The notes under the pieces: generated by a model
Database searches by the model: none
The model's input: the letters and a program-made list of their open reading frames with translations, nothing else
Told to the model about the DNA's origin: nothing
Part shown: positions 40,735 to 52,552 of the stretch, in pieces
Layout of the letters: every line of letters starts with the position of its first letter
Numbering within the stretch: the stretch's first letter is position 1
Translations under genes and position numbers: made by a program
Assembly: GCA_051362555.1 (NCBI GenBank)
Contig: CM120642.1
Coordinates: forward strand, 31,620,001-31,684,000
Origin: Lingula anatina
Taxonomy: Eukaryota; Animalia; Brachiopoda
Length of the DNA stretch: 64,000 nt
Direction of reading: 5' to 3'

Positions 40735-42270
40735 TGACTGATACACAGCCACAAATCCTAACATGCATTCAATTGTTTTTCTGAAACCTGATTATATAAA
40801 TATTCTATTCGCGTCAATTTCGCGATAAATCATCGAAAGATACATTTCGTCCTCAGATACTCCAGCAGTGACATCTCTGGGTCGGCATTCTTCTCTGTAA
40901 CCTGTGAAAAAACGCAACAACAATAATAAAAATAAAGCGATGGTTGACAATTATTATTTTACGTTTTTAATTATTGAACAGTAAATGTTGTATTTCAATG
41001 ACTGCTGTTCAAACTAACTTCTTTTCGGCAGTACAGTTCACCACTATGAAGTATGCGGGTTTGCAGATCTATAATTCTGCCACATTAAAATTGCAAAGAC
41101 TTAACATAAGGCAAGATCACATTTGCCAAGGACGAGTGTGCAATGCAGAAAAGAACCAACTTCCTAATAATCTGGAGCTACTACACCAAGCTTTTTAGGC
41201 AGATGGGACACTTTTCCATAAAAATAAATCGTTACCCTTGTTGAAGGCGAGGCGCGCCGCCTGCAGAGTTTGTACGCAGTCAACACACGCTTTAACGAGC
41301 ACATCCATATGCTAATTGTGTGTAAATTAGGTGACATTTGGTGGTGTCATTTCAATTTAATGGACATTTCTTTACCTCTGTGGAAATCACAGTGAAACAT
41401 CGGTTTGAGGGGGTACATGACATAAATGTGAATAAATGGTATAAAATATGGATATCTTCTATTTTGTATTTTCTGTACCATGAATCATGTTAGTTTATTG
41501 TATCTGGAATAAGAAGCACTGTTTATTACAGTTAACACCTGTGAGGGGATAATTTTGAATTACATTGTAAAAGCACATGGAACTGGGACAACCTTTTTAG
41601 CCAATTTTGTATTTGCAACGTATGAATATCGCATGGCAAATATAATCTGAGCTTCAATACTTGACAGCATCGGGGTTAAGATAAATGTCGATATTTGCTT
41701 ATCTGGTCTTCTGGTACGTAGTATACACATTACCTCATCCCGTGTTTGTCGTGTGCCGAGTGAAATTAAAGGGGTGACGATATATTGGTATTGCGGATTC
41801 ATAGCCGCGTAACTTTTAATAACTGTGGACTTTGGGGGAAGGATTATTGGTTAAAGATGCATTGCATGAAGAGTCTGAAGAAAAACGAGAATATCAGTGG
41901 AATATATAGTTAAGAGTGTCCTTCCTTCTCCTCCTCCTACTCCACAGGACTGTCGCCAATCAGTATGAACTCCCACCTGATATACGCTGCGGGGAGGGGG
42001 AGGAGGGGCTCATTACACTCACCCAATATTAAACCCCCTTTACACTGGACGGCGTCCTCTCTGTGACCATGAAACTGGCATCGCTGTGGTCGTAAAAAGA
42101 AGGCACAAGTGTCGCTTTGGTTGCAGAATGAATGCGTGAAGTATTTTTTTTACTTTCAAACGGGGCCGTTCTGCCGGACGCAGAAAGGACGCCGTCCAGT
42201 GTAAAGGGGCTTCACTCACCTTCTTCCCGTTTACGAAGAAGACCAACTCATCTGCTGCTTTTCCGTCCAT
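27058..42270 (-). CDS. Xanthine dehydrogenase/aldehyde oxidase family molybdo-flavoenzyme (33 exons), probably aldehyde-oxidase-like
   Basis: Traced from [17 protein letters not shown] (42270-42220) to [16 protein letters not shown] (27108-27058). Fe-S motifs [18 protein letters not shown] and [20 protein letters not shown]; FAD domain ([25 protein letters not shown]); Moco domain ([49 protein letters not shown]). Confidence 0.95.
32576..32723. repeat. Interrupted (CA)n microsatellite in an XDH/AOX intron
   Basis: Directly visible; it explains the spurious HT/CV-repeat ORFs in the ORF track. Confidence 0.9.
39866..40003. mobile_element. Short MITE with CAGG..CCTG termini and a 5-bp TSD
   Basis: TIRs caggccagtagccgg / ctggctgcgggcctg; GATTG duplicated at 39861-65 and 40004-08. 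A related terminus (caggcccgtagccag) occurs at ~62436. Confidence 0.75.
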
Positions 42271-42858
42271 GTGCATACTGACAGCCGACTACCGCTCCAC
42301 TCGCTTGATTTATTTTGTTATCAATCAAGTACTAATATCTTAAACAAGGCTGTTCACCTGTTGGAGTTTTTCTGGCATGCAGTGCCACTACACATGCGCA
42401 TACTGTCACTGGGTATAGTGTCATTTCGACATGTGTCATGTAAATCACTGATAAAAGATACGGGACTGATCGAGGGCCCGGGGTTGGCTGTCTCTACTCA
42501 ATGTCGTGTCTGACGTGAAAATGTTAAGGAGGTCATAATTATATAACATTGGTGCATGCAGTTTTCACTCAAGAGTCCTTGTGTAACTTGGCAGCATCTC
42601 TGAGTAACGCTGATGTTAAGCGAACCCAATTACACTCTGCAATTTGAAGTGCATGTAATCAGGATTATGTACCGCGAAAACAAAGCATCAGTCTCTGTAG
42701 TTTCTGAAAATTAGTACAAACGTTTTTTTTTTTCATAAAATCATTTTTTTTACAAAATTTTGGCTCTTTTGACCTTGAAATAAAGGTCAAATGCAAGGGC
42801 TTATTTGAAATTTAGGCCAGACTTCTGTGGAAACTTTTCCCATAATTCCTTCCGTTTG

Positions 42859-43020
42859 CAGGGGCGGATTGGGGCCGTCTTCCGTCTTCAGACGGTCAGA
42901 TATTCAATTTTACATTGTCGGGTATCTATTTTTTTCTGTCGGAAGACGGTCAAAAATGGAGGATGGATCAACAAAGATAATTTGGAAGACTGTTAGAAAA
43001 TAGCTCTGGATCCGCCCCTG
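42859..43020. mobile_element. Short MITE with CAGGGGCGGAT..ATCCGCCCCTG termini and a 5-bp TSD
   Basis: Perfect 11-bp TIR; GTTTG duplicated at 42854-58 and 43021-25; internal ccgtcttccg/cggaagacgg inverted motif. Confidence 0.8.
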
Positions 43021-43782
43021 GTTTGGGTGATATTTACATGTAGTATTTAATTTTCAAAAGTAGTCTTATATAAGAGCCATACAGTTCTTATAATAGTTTA
43101 CTTAAAACTTTTAAAACATTTTGTGCCCAATTCAGTGGGTTTGGTCTGGTGTAACGTGACAGAGAGTCCCCCATGTTGGAAAGTCTGTTTCCCATTCATA
43201 TGTACAAGTCTTGCCTTATATTTTGACCCACTTACATGTAGGTCAGACTAACCCTAACCATTATAACTAAATGGAGGGCGGACTTTCTGTTACACGGACC
43301 TGAAGTTTAGTTACACCGCTACATCCTTTTTTTTTACACTTCAAAAAGCAATCATCACGTTGCTGAGATTGGCCTCTGATCTACTGTTCAGCAAATCTGT
43401 CAAAATCTTGAGTTTTAGTAACAGACAGAGTGGTCCATTTTAGTCTGCTGGACAAAGCTAAACCTGTCCTTTGTATGACATATTGGCGACTTACCTGCCA
43501 TCTGTTGAGGATTGAACATGGATGAAGATCATCTTCAATTTTGACATAGAAAGGAGTACTTTTATTACTTCACATAAATAGGTTTTAAATACAATCAGTA
43601 CTGTGCTGTATTAATATAACTGCCACATTTATATAACAGATCACAAACAGAGCCTCCTCCCATCCTTTCCCAGCCCTTCAGAACAGGACCGACTCTGACA
43701 TAAGAAAATGTTGAAGGCCACCAGATTACTTAATATCAGACTGATAATTCAAAGAGGGGTCCCTAAATAAGCTGGGTATTCA

Positions 43783-43933
43783 GTGATGTCATTTGGGTCC
43801 ATTTTAAATTCATTTGAATGGACAATAATCTGGTACTCTAGTGATGTTATTTAAAACCATTTCAAATAGAACTGAATAGACAATAATCTGGGTGACTTGT
43901 GATGTTATTTTGGCCCATTTCAAATAGAGCAGC
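43783..43933. repeat. ~58-bp tandem repeat, ~2.6 copies
   Basis: gtgatgt(c/t)attt..ccattt(t/c)aaat..tgaat(g/a)gacaataatctgg repeated. Confidence 0.7.
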
Positions 43934-44208
43934 ATACTTAACTGGTCCAGTATACTTTGAGAGATACAAACTAGTATTAAATAACCTTGCTATTAACTAC
44001 AAGTAGCCCCTGTGTTCCACAAGGCTAATTTTAGTACAACTGAACAGCAGAAAGTGAACTTGTGAGAGGTAATACATGTTAGGACCTGTCAAAGTGTACC
44101 AGTCCAGTTAAGTGTACCACTGGATGTGAAAAAGAGCCTTAGATGACTTCTTCTTCTTCTTCTTCTTTTGTAGAAGGCCAGGCTGTTAACAAGGCCATAG
44201 TCTTTAGA

Positions 44209-45549
44209 CTATACAGTGTCCATTATTTCAGCAGTGTCATTAACATCAGTAGAACTTTTTTTACTTCTACTTTTATTGTCTTTTTTCTGTGTGCCTTCAG
44301 ACTGAGGGTCAGGGCTTTTCATTTCAATGTCTTTTAATGCCCCATTTGTGGACACCTCTTCAACTAAATCTGAATAAAAAACAAGAACAAACTATGTATC
44401 ATCAGCAAATGTCACGTGCGGTTTGAGAAAACACACTGTAAGTTTAAAATTTTTTAGAAATATTTTGTAGTGCTTTTTATCAGGTCTACACATTTTACAT
44501 ACCAAAATTATCTTATATTTTTACTATAAGCACATTTTATTCATATAAAGAGATTGGAAAAGGAAATCATCCTAAGCTGAAATCTGACACTGTTGGGGTC
44601 TTTACTGGAAATACTACAAACCATTCAAAGCTGTCTGGTCTTTCTGCATGTGCCTCAGCTGCTTCAAAAGTTTCCTTTTCTTCTTTCCTGAGAGTTCTAT
44701 GTTAGCTCTTGAACTTGTCCTGCAAAAAACAGTATTATCATTAAATAACCAGTGCAGTTTTTGAACTTGAAAAAAAGGTGACCAACATTAGCAGAGACGC
44801 CCATTTCAAATCTAAAATGGAATTGAAGTAAGACTCGATTCAGTTTTTCATAAAATCCATCATCTTTATTGTTTATATGGCCAAGATTTAGAGTTTGATA
44901 AATTTTCCTTCTGTCAACTATGCTATATCATATTCTTCACACATACAAAAGAACAATACAGCAGGCACTTACTTTCTTTTTCTTAAGTGATGTATTGTAA
45001 TCAGTTCAGGATCTGGGATTTCTGAGAAAATCTTGCTCTTTTCCTTCTGTGCAGCTGTTTTAATTCTTTGTCTGCGATATGCCTTTTTCTGTTTGTTGTG
45101 CTGTGAAGATGACAGTATGATTAAAACAGATGTTTTCACATGATTTTTTTAAGTCTGTTAGAAACATATTTGACAAATAAAACTTGGGTTTCTTTATTTT
45201 GAAGGCATTAATATTACAATCTTACATTTCCTTTTGGGTATGTTACACCTTTCTTATCATGATCTTTACGTACAATCTGCTCAGTCAGTCAGTCAGTGTA
45301 CCATGTCTTTCTTATTTGAATATTATAATTATAATTGAATGCTGATCAGTTTCCAAATACACTCCTTTGCCTCTGGGCAAGGTCTTGCTCTGTAGCAAAG
45401 CGGCCCTCATTCAAATTTCTTACAGTACACTTAGTGTGAACACATTCACAATATATCTTAACGCACTGCTATTCACTCATACCAACAGGTATTACAATGG
45501 AGTAACTAACCCTTCTCTTGCGATTACTTATCATTCCATGCACACCCAT
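44209..45549 (-). CDS. C11orf98: C11orf98-like small basic protein (141 aa)
   Basis: Exons 45549-45511, 45100-44973, 44719-44622, 44369-44209 join in frame. [38 protein letters not shown] matches human C11orf98 [38 protein letters not shown]. Absent from the ORF track. Confidence 0.85.
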
Positions 45550-45948
45550 GACTGCCACTCGTAACGAGTAAAATCCAAAGTATTACTTTAAACGAAACAC
45601 CAGACCAAAGGTAGACGTCGACTTCTTCACGTGTTACCTACGGCAAATGGGTACTACTGACATATTGCGACAACGCATTCCATCCATGTTTGACTATTTT
45701 TTTCACTGATTGAAGAGGAGATTAGTTCATAAATACAACATACTATGAAAAGATATATTTCAAAATACCTGAAGCCCATGTATAACCCTCTTGCAAGCAA
45801 ACTTGTAAAATGCAACATACAGATACTGTAAATAAGTACTTGAAAGGCATCGTGTTTATTTTCGTCGTTTCCGTCACCGATCATATCACCAGCATCGGTG
45901 ATCTGGGGGTGAACTGAAGTAAAGATACAGGGGAGACATGGTAAAAGT
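45550..45948. promoter_or_regulatory. Probable bidirectional promoter between the C11orf98-like and F-box genes
   Basis: Divergent start codons only ~400 bp apart. Inferred from gene layout. Confidence 0.5.
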
Positions 45949-48738
45949 ATGGGATCGTTAGCCGACAGTGCTGGGGCAATAGATGAGCAGGATGAAATAA
46001 GAAAGGTACTGGTTTTAACAAAAAGAAGAATACAAATTACTAGTAATAAGTTACTGGCATAAGATTATCAGTCCTTTTAATTTATATTTGATCAAATTTG
46101 TACCGACTACTTCGACAATTTACAAAAAATTCCAAAGATTGTGCATTAAAATGAATGTATGGGCGTTGACACATTTACCTGCACAAACTTAACTATCAAT
46201 TTTGCAAGATTAAGATATCTGTACTGAGTACTTTTGATGTCTGATTAGGAATAGGATATTCTCACAGTAAGACATCAAAGCACTGCATATATGTGAGCAC
46301 AAAAATCCTTTTACACAACAGTGCATGCCATAAAAGACAGCATTATGGCATAACGCATATTATTGTCAACAATAATTGCTATATCATGTATATGCACATT
46401 GAAATCTGCATTGCAGGTTAAGGAAAATGCCCAGGTTACCTCAAAGGAATATGAGAGTGGCCCTGATTTTAGTGATTTGCCAGATGTAGTTTGGGTTCAG
46501 GTGCTGAAAAAGCTTTCACTGTCAGACCGCGCTTCAGTGGCAGCCACTTGCCATGCACTGAATGAAGCTTTCAACCATCCTTCTCTGTGGCATACAGTCA
46601 CCGTAATACTGAGAGGGACAAGCAAACCAGTATCCTTATGGTATCTGGATGAGAGGTAATGGTTAAGTAAATAATGTTTTACTAGTAATCATACGTGTAT
46701 AAGAAATGACAAATAATGAAAATGATAAATTTTCAGACAATATTTAGTTGACACAGCCCTGGTCAGCATAGCCCATTTTAAGTCATTTATAGTGATATTT
46801 GCAATGTGTGTCCTATTTGGGATTTTTGTGCTGAATGGAATTTCTCTTGAGAAAAATTAGCAATTTTTTCTACTACTCATAAATCATTGCATGGCCTATA
46901 AGTAACTACCTTTGGATTGGGTGTTTGGATTTTTAATTAAATAGTTAAAGTTCAAAATGACTGGCCATATATTTAGACTGCTGTGTCTTCTAAAACATTT
47001 CAGTAGAAAATTTTGACATTAGGTACTTTTTTTGAAGGATTTTATCATTTTTAAGGTCTGTGTTAGGAAAAAGTACCTTTGCAGGATATGTACTGGTAAA
47101 CATAGAAAACAAGACTTTGAAGACATTTTGAAGTGCATAAAATATACCTTTTACGTGTGATTCAGGGGAGTGAACACTGGTTTGTTGACGATTGAGTACA
47201 AGTACCTGCAACTTATAAAAAGATTTGGCAGCTTCTTCCAAAACCTCTCTCTGCTCATCCAAGGATATTTCAATAAGGTTCCACCCCATGTGAATGAAAT
47301 TGTCTCCGAGCTGAGTGCAAGATGTCGTTTGGAAACTTTGACACTTCAGGTACATAGTAACATGATGTAAATGAAGTTTGCTTTATAAGGTGATGTAGGT
47401 AAACAGTGGGAAAAGAAATTGAATTCCAAATGTGTGTTTGATTTATCAATAGGCTAAATTTAAAGGCAAGCTTTGGATGCTGTTTTTGTAATTTTTACCT
47501 ATAATGCAAAGGGTTTGGAAAAGTGAAAATGAAGCAAAAAAAAAAGTAAAATCTTTAAATTTGCAGCTATTATATATTTAAACATAATATAAAAACTTAA
47601 TTTTTTTGTTTGATTGTAATGTTTCATTTAAATTTATCAGGTTGGCTCAATTCGAACTGCACTAGAGAATAATGGTGGCCTGGCCAGAAGTGGAAGACCC
47701 AAAGAGGAGGACCTTCGTGTTATACTTTCTCTTTTGAACAATTCCTATCGCCTTCGTGAGTTCCAGCTGCTTTCCTGGCCGTCCTGCAATCCAAACAAAT
47801 ATCCCGGTTTAGACATCATCCAATCTCTGTGTGAAAATGAGAAATTAAAACAACTGGAGAAGTTAAATCTCTTCTACGATGAATGCAAATGGAGCACAGT
47901 TAATGCCCACCTGCCAAGCGCAGAGAGAATGGTAACCACAGTGCAGCACTTCACGTACCTGTCTCACCTAAGTTTACGTCTCTGTATGATGAGCGATGAG
48001 TTGGTGAAAGGGTTGTCAAAATCATTTCGCACGCCCCTGTCAAATCTCAAGATTCTGGTCACATATTCAAGGCACAATCCTGCGTTGGCAATCCCCGAGA
48101 TTTACTCCTCTTCATGGTCACAGCTTTCACAGCACTCTCCAGAGTTGGAGGTTGAAATCACCTTTCTAACGCGAATGCCTTACGTGGAGAAAGCAGCACT
48201 GCTAAAGCCAGAGATCCCCTTGACTGGTTTAGCCTTTATGACTTATTCCAATTGCACTTCTCAAGATATCTTAGGAATTACAGATAAATATTCAAAGACA
48301 CTCAAAAAGCTTGTTAATTTCTCTTTTGGGGAGTTTTTTGACGAGGAATTAATTGCTTTAGTTTCTTGTTCGTCAAGGATGGATTCTCTAGTCCATCTGG
48401 GTGAAATTTACAGTAATACCATAGTACAGCTGGCTCAGCTAAAGCAATGGAAAGTCTTTGAATTCAAGGCAAACATGATCAAATTTGAAGATCCTAGTTT
48501 GCAGGATGAAGATGTGGTTGTTGGTCAAAGAGAGAATGGGGAGCTGTATTTGACATCACTTGAACGCAAGCCCTGTCTGGAGGAAGATCGCTTGGACAGT
48601 CTAGCCTCACTTCGTGAAGAGGTTTCACGTCTGCTGAGCTACTGTTGGCATCCTCAGGTGCCGGACGCTGAGGAACAGGAACCAAGCTATGGTTATTTTC
48701 ATGCCTTGGAGAATAATGCACTCTTTTTAGAAAACTGA
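45949..48738 (+). CDS. F-box / leucine-rich-repeat protein (FBXL8/FBXO39-like class)
   Basis: Exons 45949-46005, 46417-46655, 47166-47349, 47641-48738 join in frame. F-box motif FSDLPDVVWVQVLKKLSLSDRASVAATCHALNEAFNHPSLW is followed by LxxLxL repeats. Confidence 0.85.
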
Positions 48739-49430
48739 TATTCCAACACCATGAAATTTTCAAAGGTAAAAAGTGGACTTTCAAAAATGTCTTGAAATGC
48801 AAGGGACATAGCTGAGCAGCACTGTATGTGGGATTTTGAGGGGATAAAAAAACAAAACCAAAATATCTCAATAAAACCACAACTTTCATCTCTTTTTATA
48901 AAAATTGAGAGTGGGAGGGTCAACATAGAGCAGCTGGAAAACTGTATTTAAAAAATTATTACAGCAAACTAAAGTGTTAACATACACTCATGCATGGCAT
49001 CATTGGCTTGGAATGTAATGATGTTAAAAATTGATCATGTTAGGAAGTGTTTTCAGTGTGGCAACTTTCACTTTGAGTTGATTTACAGCGAGGTATTTCA
49101 GTTTATCAAAAATGTTATTTATCTAAAAACTCAAAAATGATTTTTTATTTTATCTTGAGAGACTAATCATGTAGGTCTGTTCATGAAGCTTGTCTGCAGC
49201 TGGCTGCCTTTTAAATTTGAAAAAAAAAAAATTGTATAACAAGCTTTAAAGAAGCAATTATTATTATTTTTTTATTACCAACACCAAGGAGGTTATGTTA
49301 ATGTCACCTCTGTTTGTCTTCCCATTTGTTGCCAACCTTACTCGAAATGTTATAAATGGATTTTGATCAAATTTTCAGGATAGGCCAGCAATGGGTTAAA
49401 CTAAGTGATTAGAATTTGATGGTGATTTTG

Positions 49431-49570
49431 GCTCTGTAAGTCGAAAGCATCGCGAATTGCAATCGAGCGCAAGTGTCTCTACCCATAACTCGGCATTTAC
49501 CAAGTCATACCCTCGAAATGAAAGGTGTTATCACTATCACAATTCGTGATGCTTTCTAGTTATGGAGCCC
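49431..49570. mobile_element. ~140-bp MITE nested in a larger non-autonomous element (from ~49272)
   Basis: 29-bp imperfect TIRs (gctctgtaagtcgaaagcatcgcgaattg / caattcgtgatgctttctagttatggagc) split the host's inverted motif gatggtgat...atcaccatc. The host begins ttattacc..ccaaggaggttatgtt, resembling widespread HINE/Helentron-like repeats (family assignment tentative). Confidence 0.6.
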
Positions 49571-51499
49571 TGGATCACCATCTGGATCCAAGAATTTCTA
49601 AGGGGTTCCTCATTGCCAGATACGGCAAATGACCTTGTGCAATGGATGCGTTCTCAACTATCACAATGTATCGGTGCACTATATTGTAACCGGTGTCACG
49701 TGAAGAAACCGTCGTCGTGAATAAACCGTTCTGACAGATTCTTCACGCGGGGGTAGCAGTCCGTGAACTTATAGCTACGTAGCTGCACATACATTTCCAA
49801 TATTTTCCCATAGAGAAAGTTTTATTATTATCGAACATACAATTTCTTTTGACAAAAATTACTTAACTCTGAATTGAAAGAACATTGTAGGGTGAAAACA
49901 TTTATACTAAAAGTCTTAGATCTATTATATACGTTTTTCTCACAGAGCAAAAAAGTTCAGTCGCGATCAAAAGCTCATTTCCAACATTCCCCCGTAGAGT
50001 TATAAGATTATCAAATACATACTCTCTCATGACGAAAACCACTGAATTATGAATTGAAAGATCATAGTTCAGTGCAAACATATGTCGACATCGTCATACC
50101 GGAAGTTCCTTCTTGCAATCTACCCTTAATGTGCATGTGCAGAACGATTTGGTCACGGAACAGGTCTATCATGCCACACTGGAGCCTTGGTGCTCTCAGA
50201 TTTCTTTTATAGTTAAAAAGAGGTTTTCTGTGTTGTTTGTTTAACAATATGTGATCAGTACTGGTGATGAAATGAACTGCCTTAGCTTAAAGATAATGGT
50301 ATAGATATTTAGACAGAGGTCATTTTACATCTTTATGGCTCACCTTAGGCAATAATGTTTACGATATCAGAGGCACTTCAAATCTTACAACAAATATATT
50401 TATGATATTTTACCTTTATTGGGATTGTTCATTATATGTTTCAGACATTGTAACATATATCAGTTTTTGTCTTGAAAAAGGGTGAATTACTTCAACAAAC
50501 ACCATAATAATATTTTATTTCAAGTTTGTCCAGTGTTGCCTCTTCACTTTTTATTCAAGGATAAGTAAATATATGATAATTTTTAAAGGTACATACGGAC
50601 CGAGCATCGGTGGAGGGTGGATTCCCAGTAACACATGTAAACTACTTCTACTAGATTCTTATATGACTCAAATAAATTTGACATGCCAAGGGATAAACTG
50701 AACAGATCACTCGATCAGCCATAAAAGAGCTTTAGACTGCTCCTTTCTTTAAATTTATGGCTGTAAATTTAACCTACTTCCGTGACCTACTTTCCTGCCC
50801 CATTGACATACAGCTAAGATTGCCAGCAGAAAAATCTGTTCAAACATCATTTTCGGGTAAAATTAAACAATGCCTTTTGGTAATTCTCTTAGTTATACTA
50901 CTTGAAACTATATGCTGGCATTTGGTTGGTTTTTGTGACAAAAAATTGACTTTGTATGTATCTTTAAAAAGATTCTTTTGCCAATGCCCTTTCCTGTTAA
51001 AGATATATTTTTCAAGTTGTTTAAAAATGTAATTCAAATATGTATATATACTTCACATATAAGAGATATGATCATGGCAATTCAGCAAAAGAATTGGTTC
51101 ATTTCAATTTGTTACATTATAATCACCTTAAATAGTTTGCAATTCAACATTTATCAATAAATTTGAGGTGGTGTGCTAAAAAACTGCTGACACGTTTATT
51201 TTTATTGAACTCATTTCACTTCAAAAAGTTTTTTTCACTGCAGGCATGAATCACATTATACATTTTAAAAAACATGCTTATCAATTTCCATCTTTTAAGT
51301 TTATTGGTGCGCACGCTGTGTTGCAATATGAATAAGTAAGAGAAACAAAAACCATTTTTTAAAGAAATGTGTACAAAACAGTACATTAATCAATTTTAAA
51401 TGTAGCAGGTCAATTCAATAATTCTATATAATGAGATATTCTGATATAAAACCTTCAAAATACAAAATCCTTGCAAATATAAGAGCAATTCTTAAAGTC

Positions 51500-52552
51500 C
51501 TAGGTATCCAATTTTTCCAGTGGTTTCAAGATTAGCTTTACACTTCTCTCCCCTTCTTGTTTTTCAATCTTTGCAATCCCTTTTGCAGCAGCCATGATAG
51601 TTTCTGCTAATCTTGTCAAGTTTGACTGGAACAGAGAAAGAAATATGTAAAATTGGGTCTCAACAGAGGAAAAATAAAAAGTCAAAATCAAGTTTTGGAG
51701 AAGTGGTTTATTATATAGGAAAACTATATTAATGCAACTAAGCAAATCTGTAACTAATGGCAATTGACTATTGCCTTATCCTTACTTTAAATATATCTGA
51801 ATATAGTGTACCTGGTTTGATTTCTTGTTAATATTAATTGACACTTCCACCTCCATCCCTTTCTGTAAAAATTTGATTATGTGTTCCATCTTTGAGTCTA
51901 AATCTTTCTTCTCAATGTTGCCCTTCATACGGATCTGTTTTATCTTGGTTATATCTTGTTGGAGTTCAGTTTGGATTTCTTTCTTGACTTTCCACCATCC
52001 TTGAGCCTCCTCTGGTGTTACCATGACATACTTTGCCTTATTCTTTACATCATTTTTGTCCACGTACTGAACAAGACGCAATCCCTGCTCAGCTGCTTCT
52101 CGTTGGGCATGCTTAAAAGCTATTTCTTTTATAAGCTGACCCTCTTTGTCACACAGTTGGATATTTTTATCTGCCTTCAGAACGATTCTGGGTGGCAATT
52201 TTACCTTTTCTGGTCTTTTCTTTGGAAAAGTCCTCTTTTGTTCAGTTTCATCTCTCTCACTTTGGTTTTTGTTTTGAGAATCCCTGAAAATCAGGCTTGT
52301 ATGTAAGAGTCTTTGCTGGCAGTCTACAAAGGGTAAACACTGAGGTGCCTTACCAAAAGATGAATGTGACTTTCTGTGTGAAGATCTGATTAATTTCCAC
52401 CAAGAAGATGATCTCATCAACTGCTTTGCTTTCTGCTGTGGTGCGCCCTTCCTCTCACCGTGAACATGTATTATAGAGGGCACTCTGATATAAGTAGACA
52501 GCATCCTACATCTGGTCCTTACTGTCAGCACTACTCCCATTATGGAAGCCAT
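51500..52552 (-). CDS. MTIF3: Mitochondrial translation initiation factor IF-3 (288 aa)
   Basis: Exons 52552-51812 and 51625-51500. Arg/Ser-rich targeting-like N-terminus, IF3-N (IQLCDKEGQLI..AQREAAEQGLRLVQ) and IF3-C (KQIRMKGNIEKKDLDSKMEHIIKFLQKGMEVEV). A probable non-coding first exon ends at 53637. Confidence 0.85.

Noticed and set aside
46630-46640. U12-like donor GTATCCTTA in the F-box gene
   Set aside because: It lies inside an exon whose canonical donor at 46656 gives the in-frame join; no matching U12 branch point was found.
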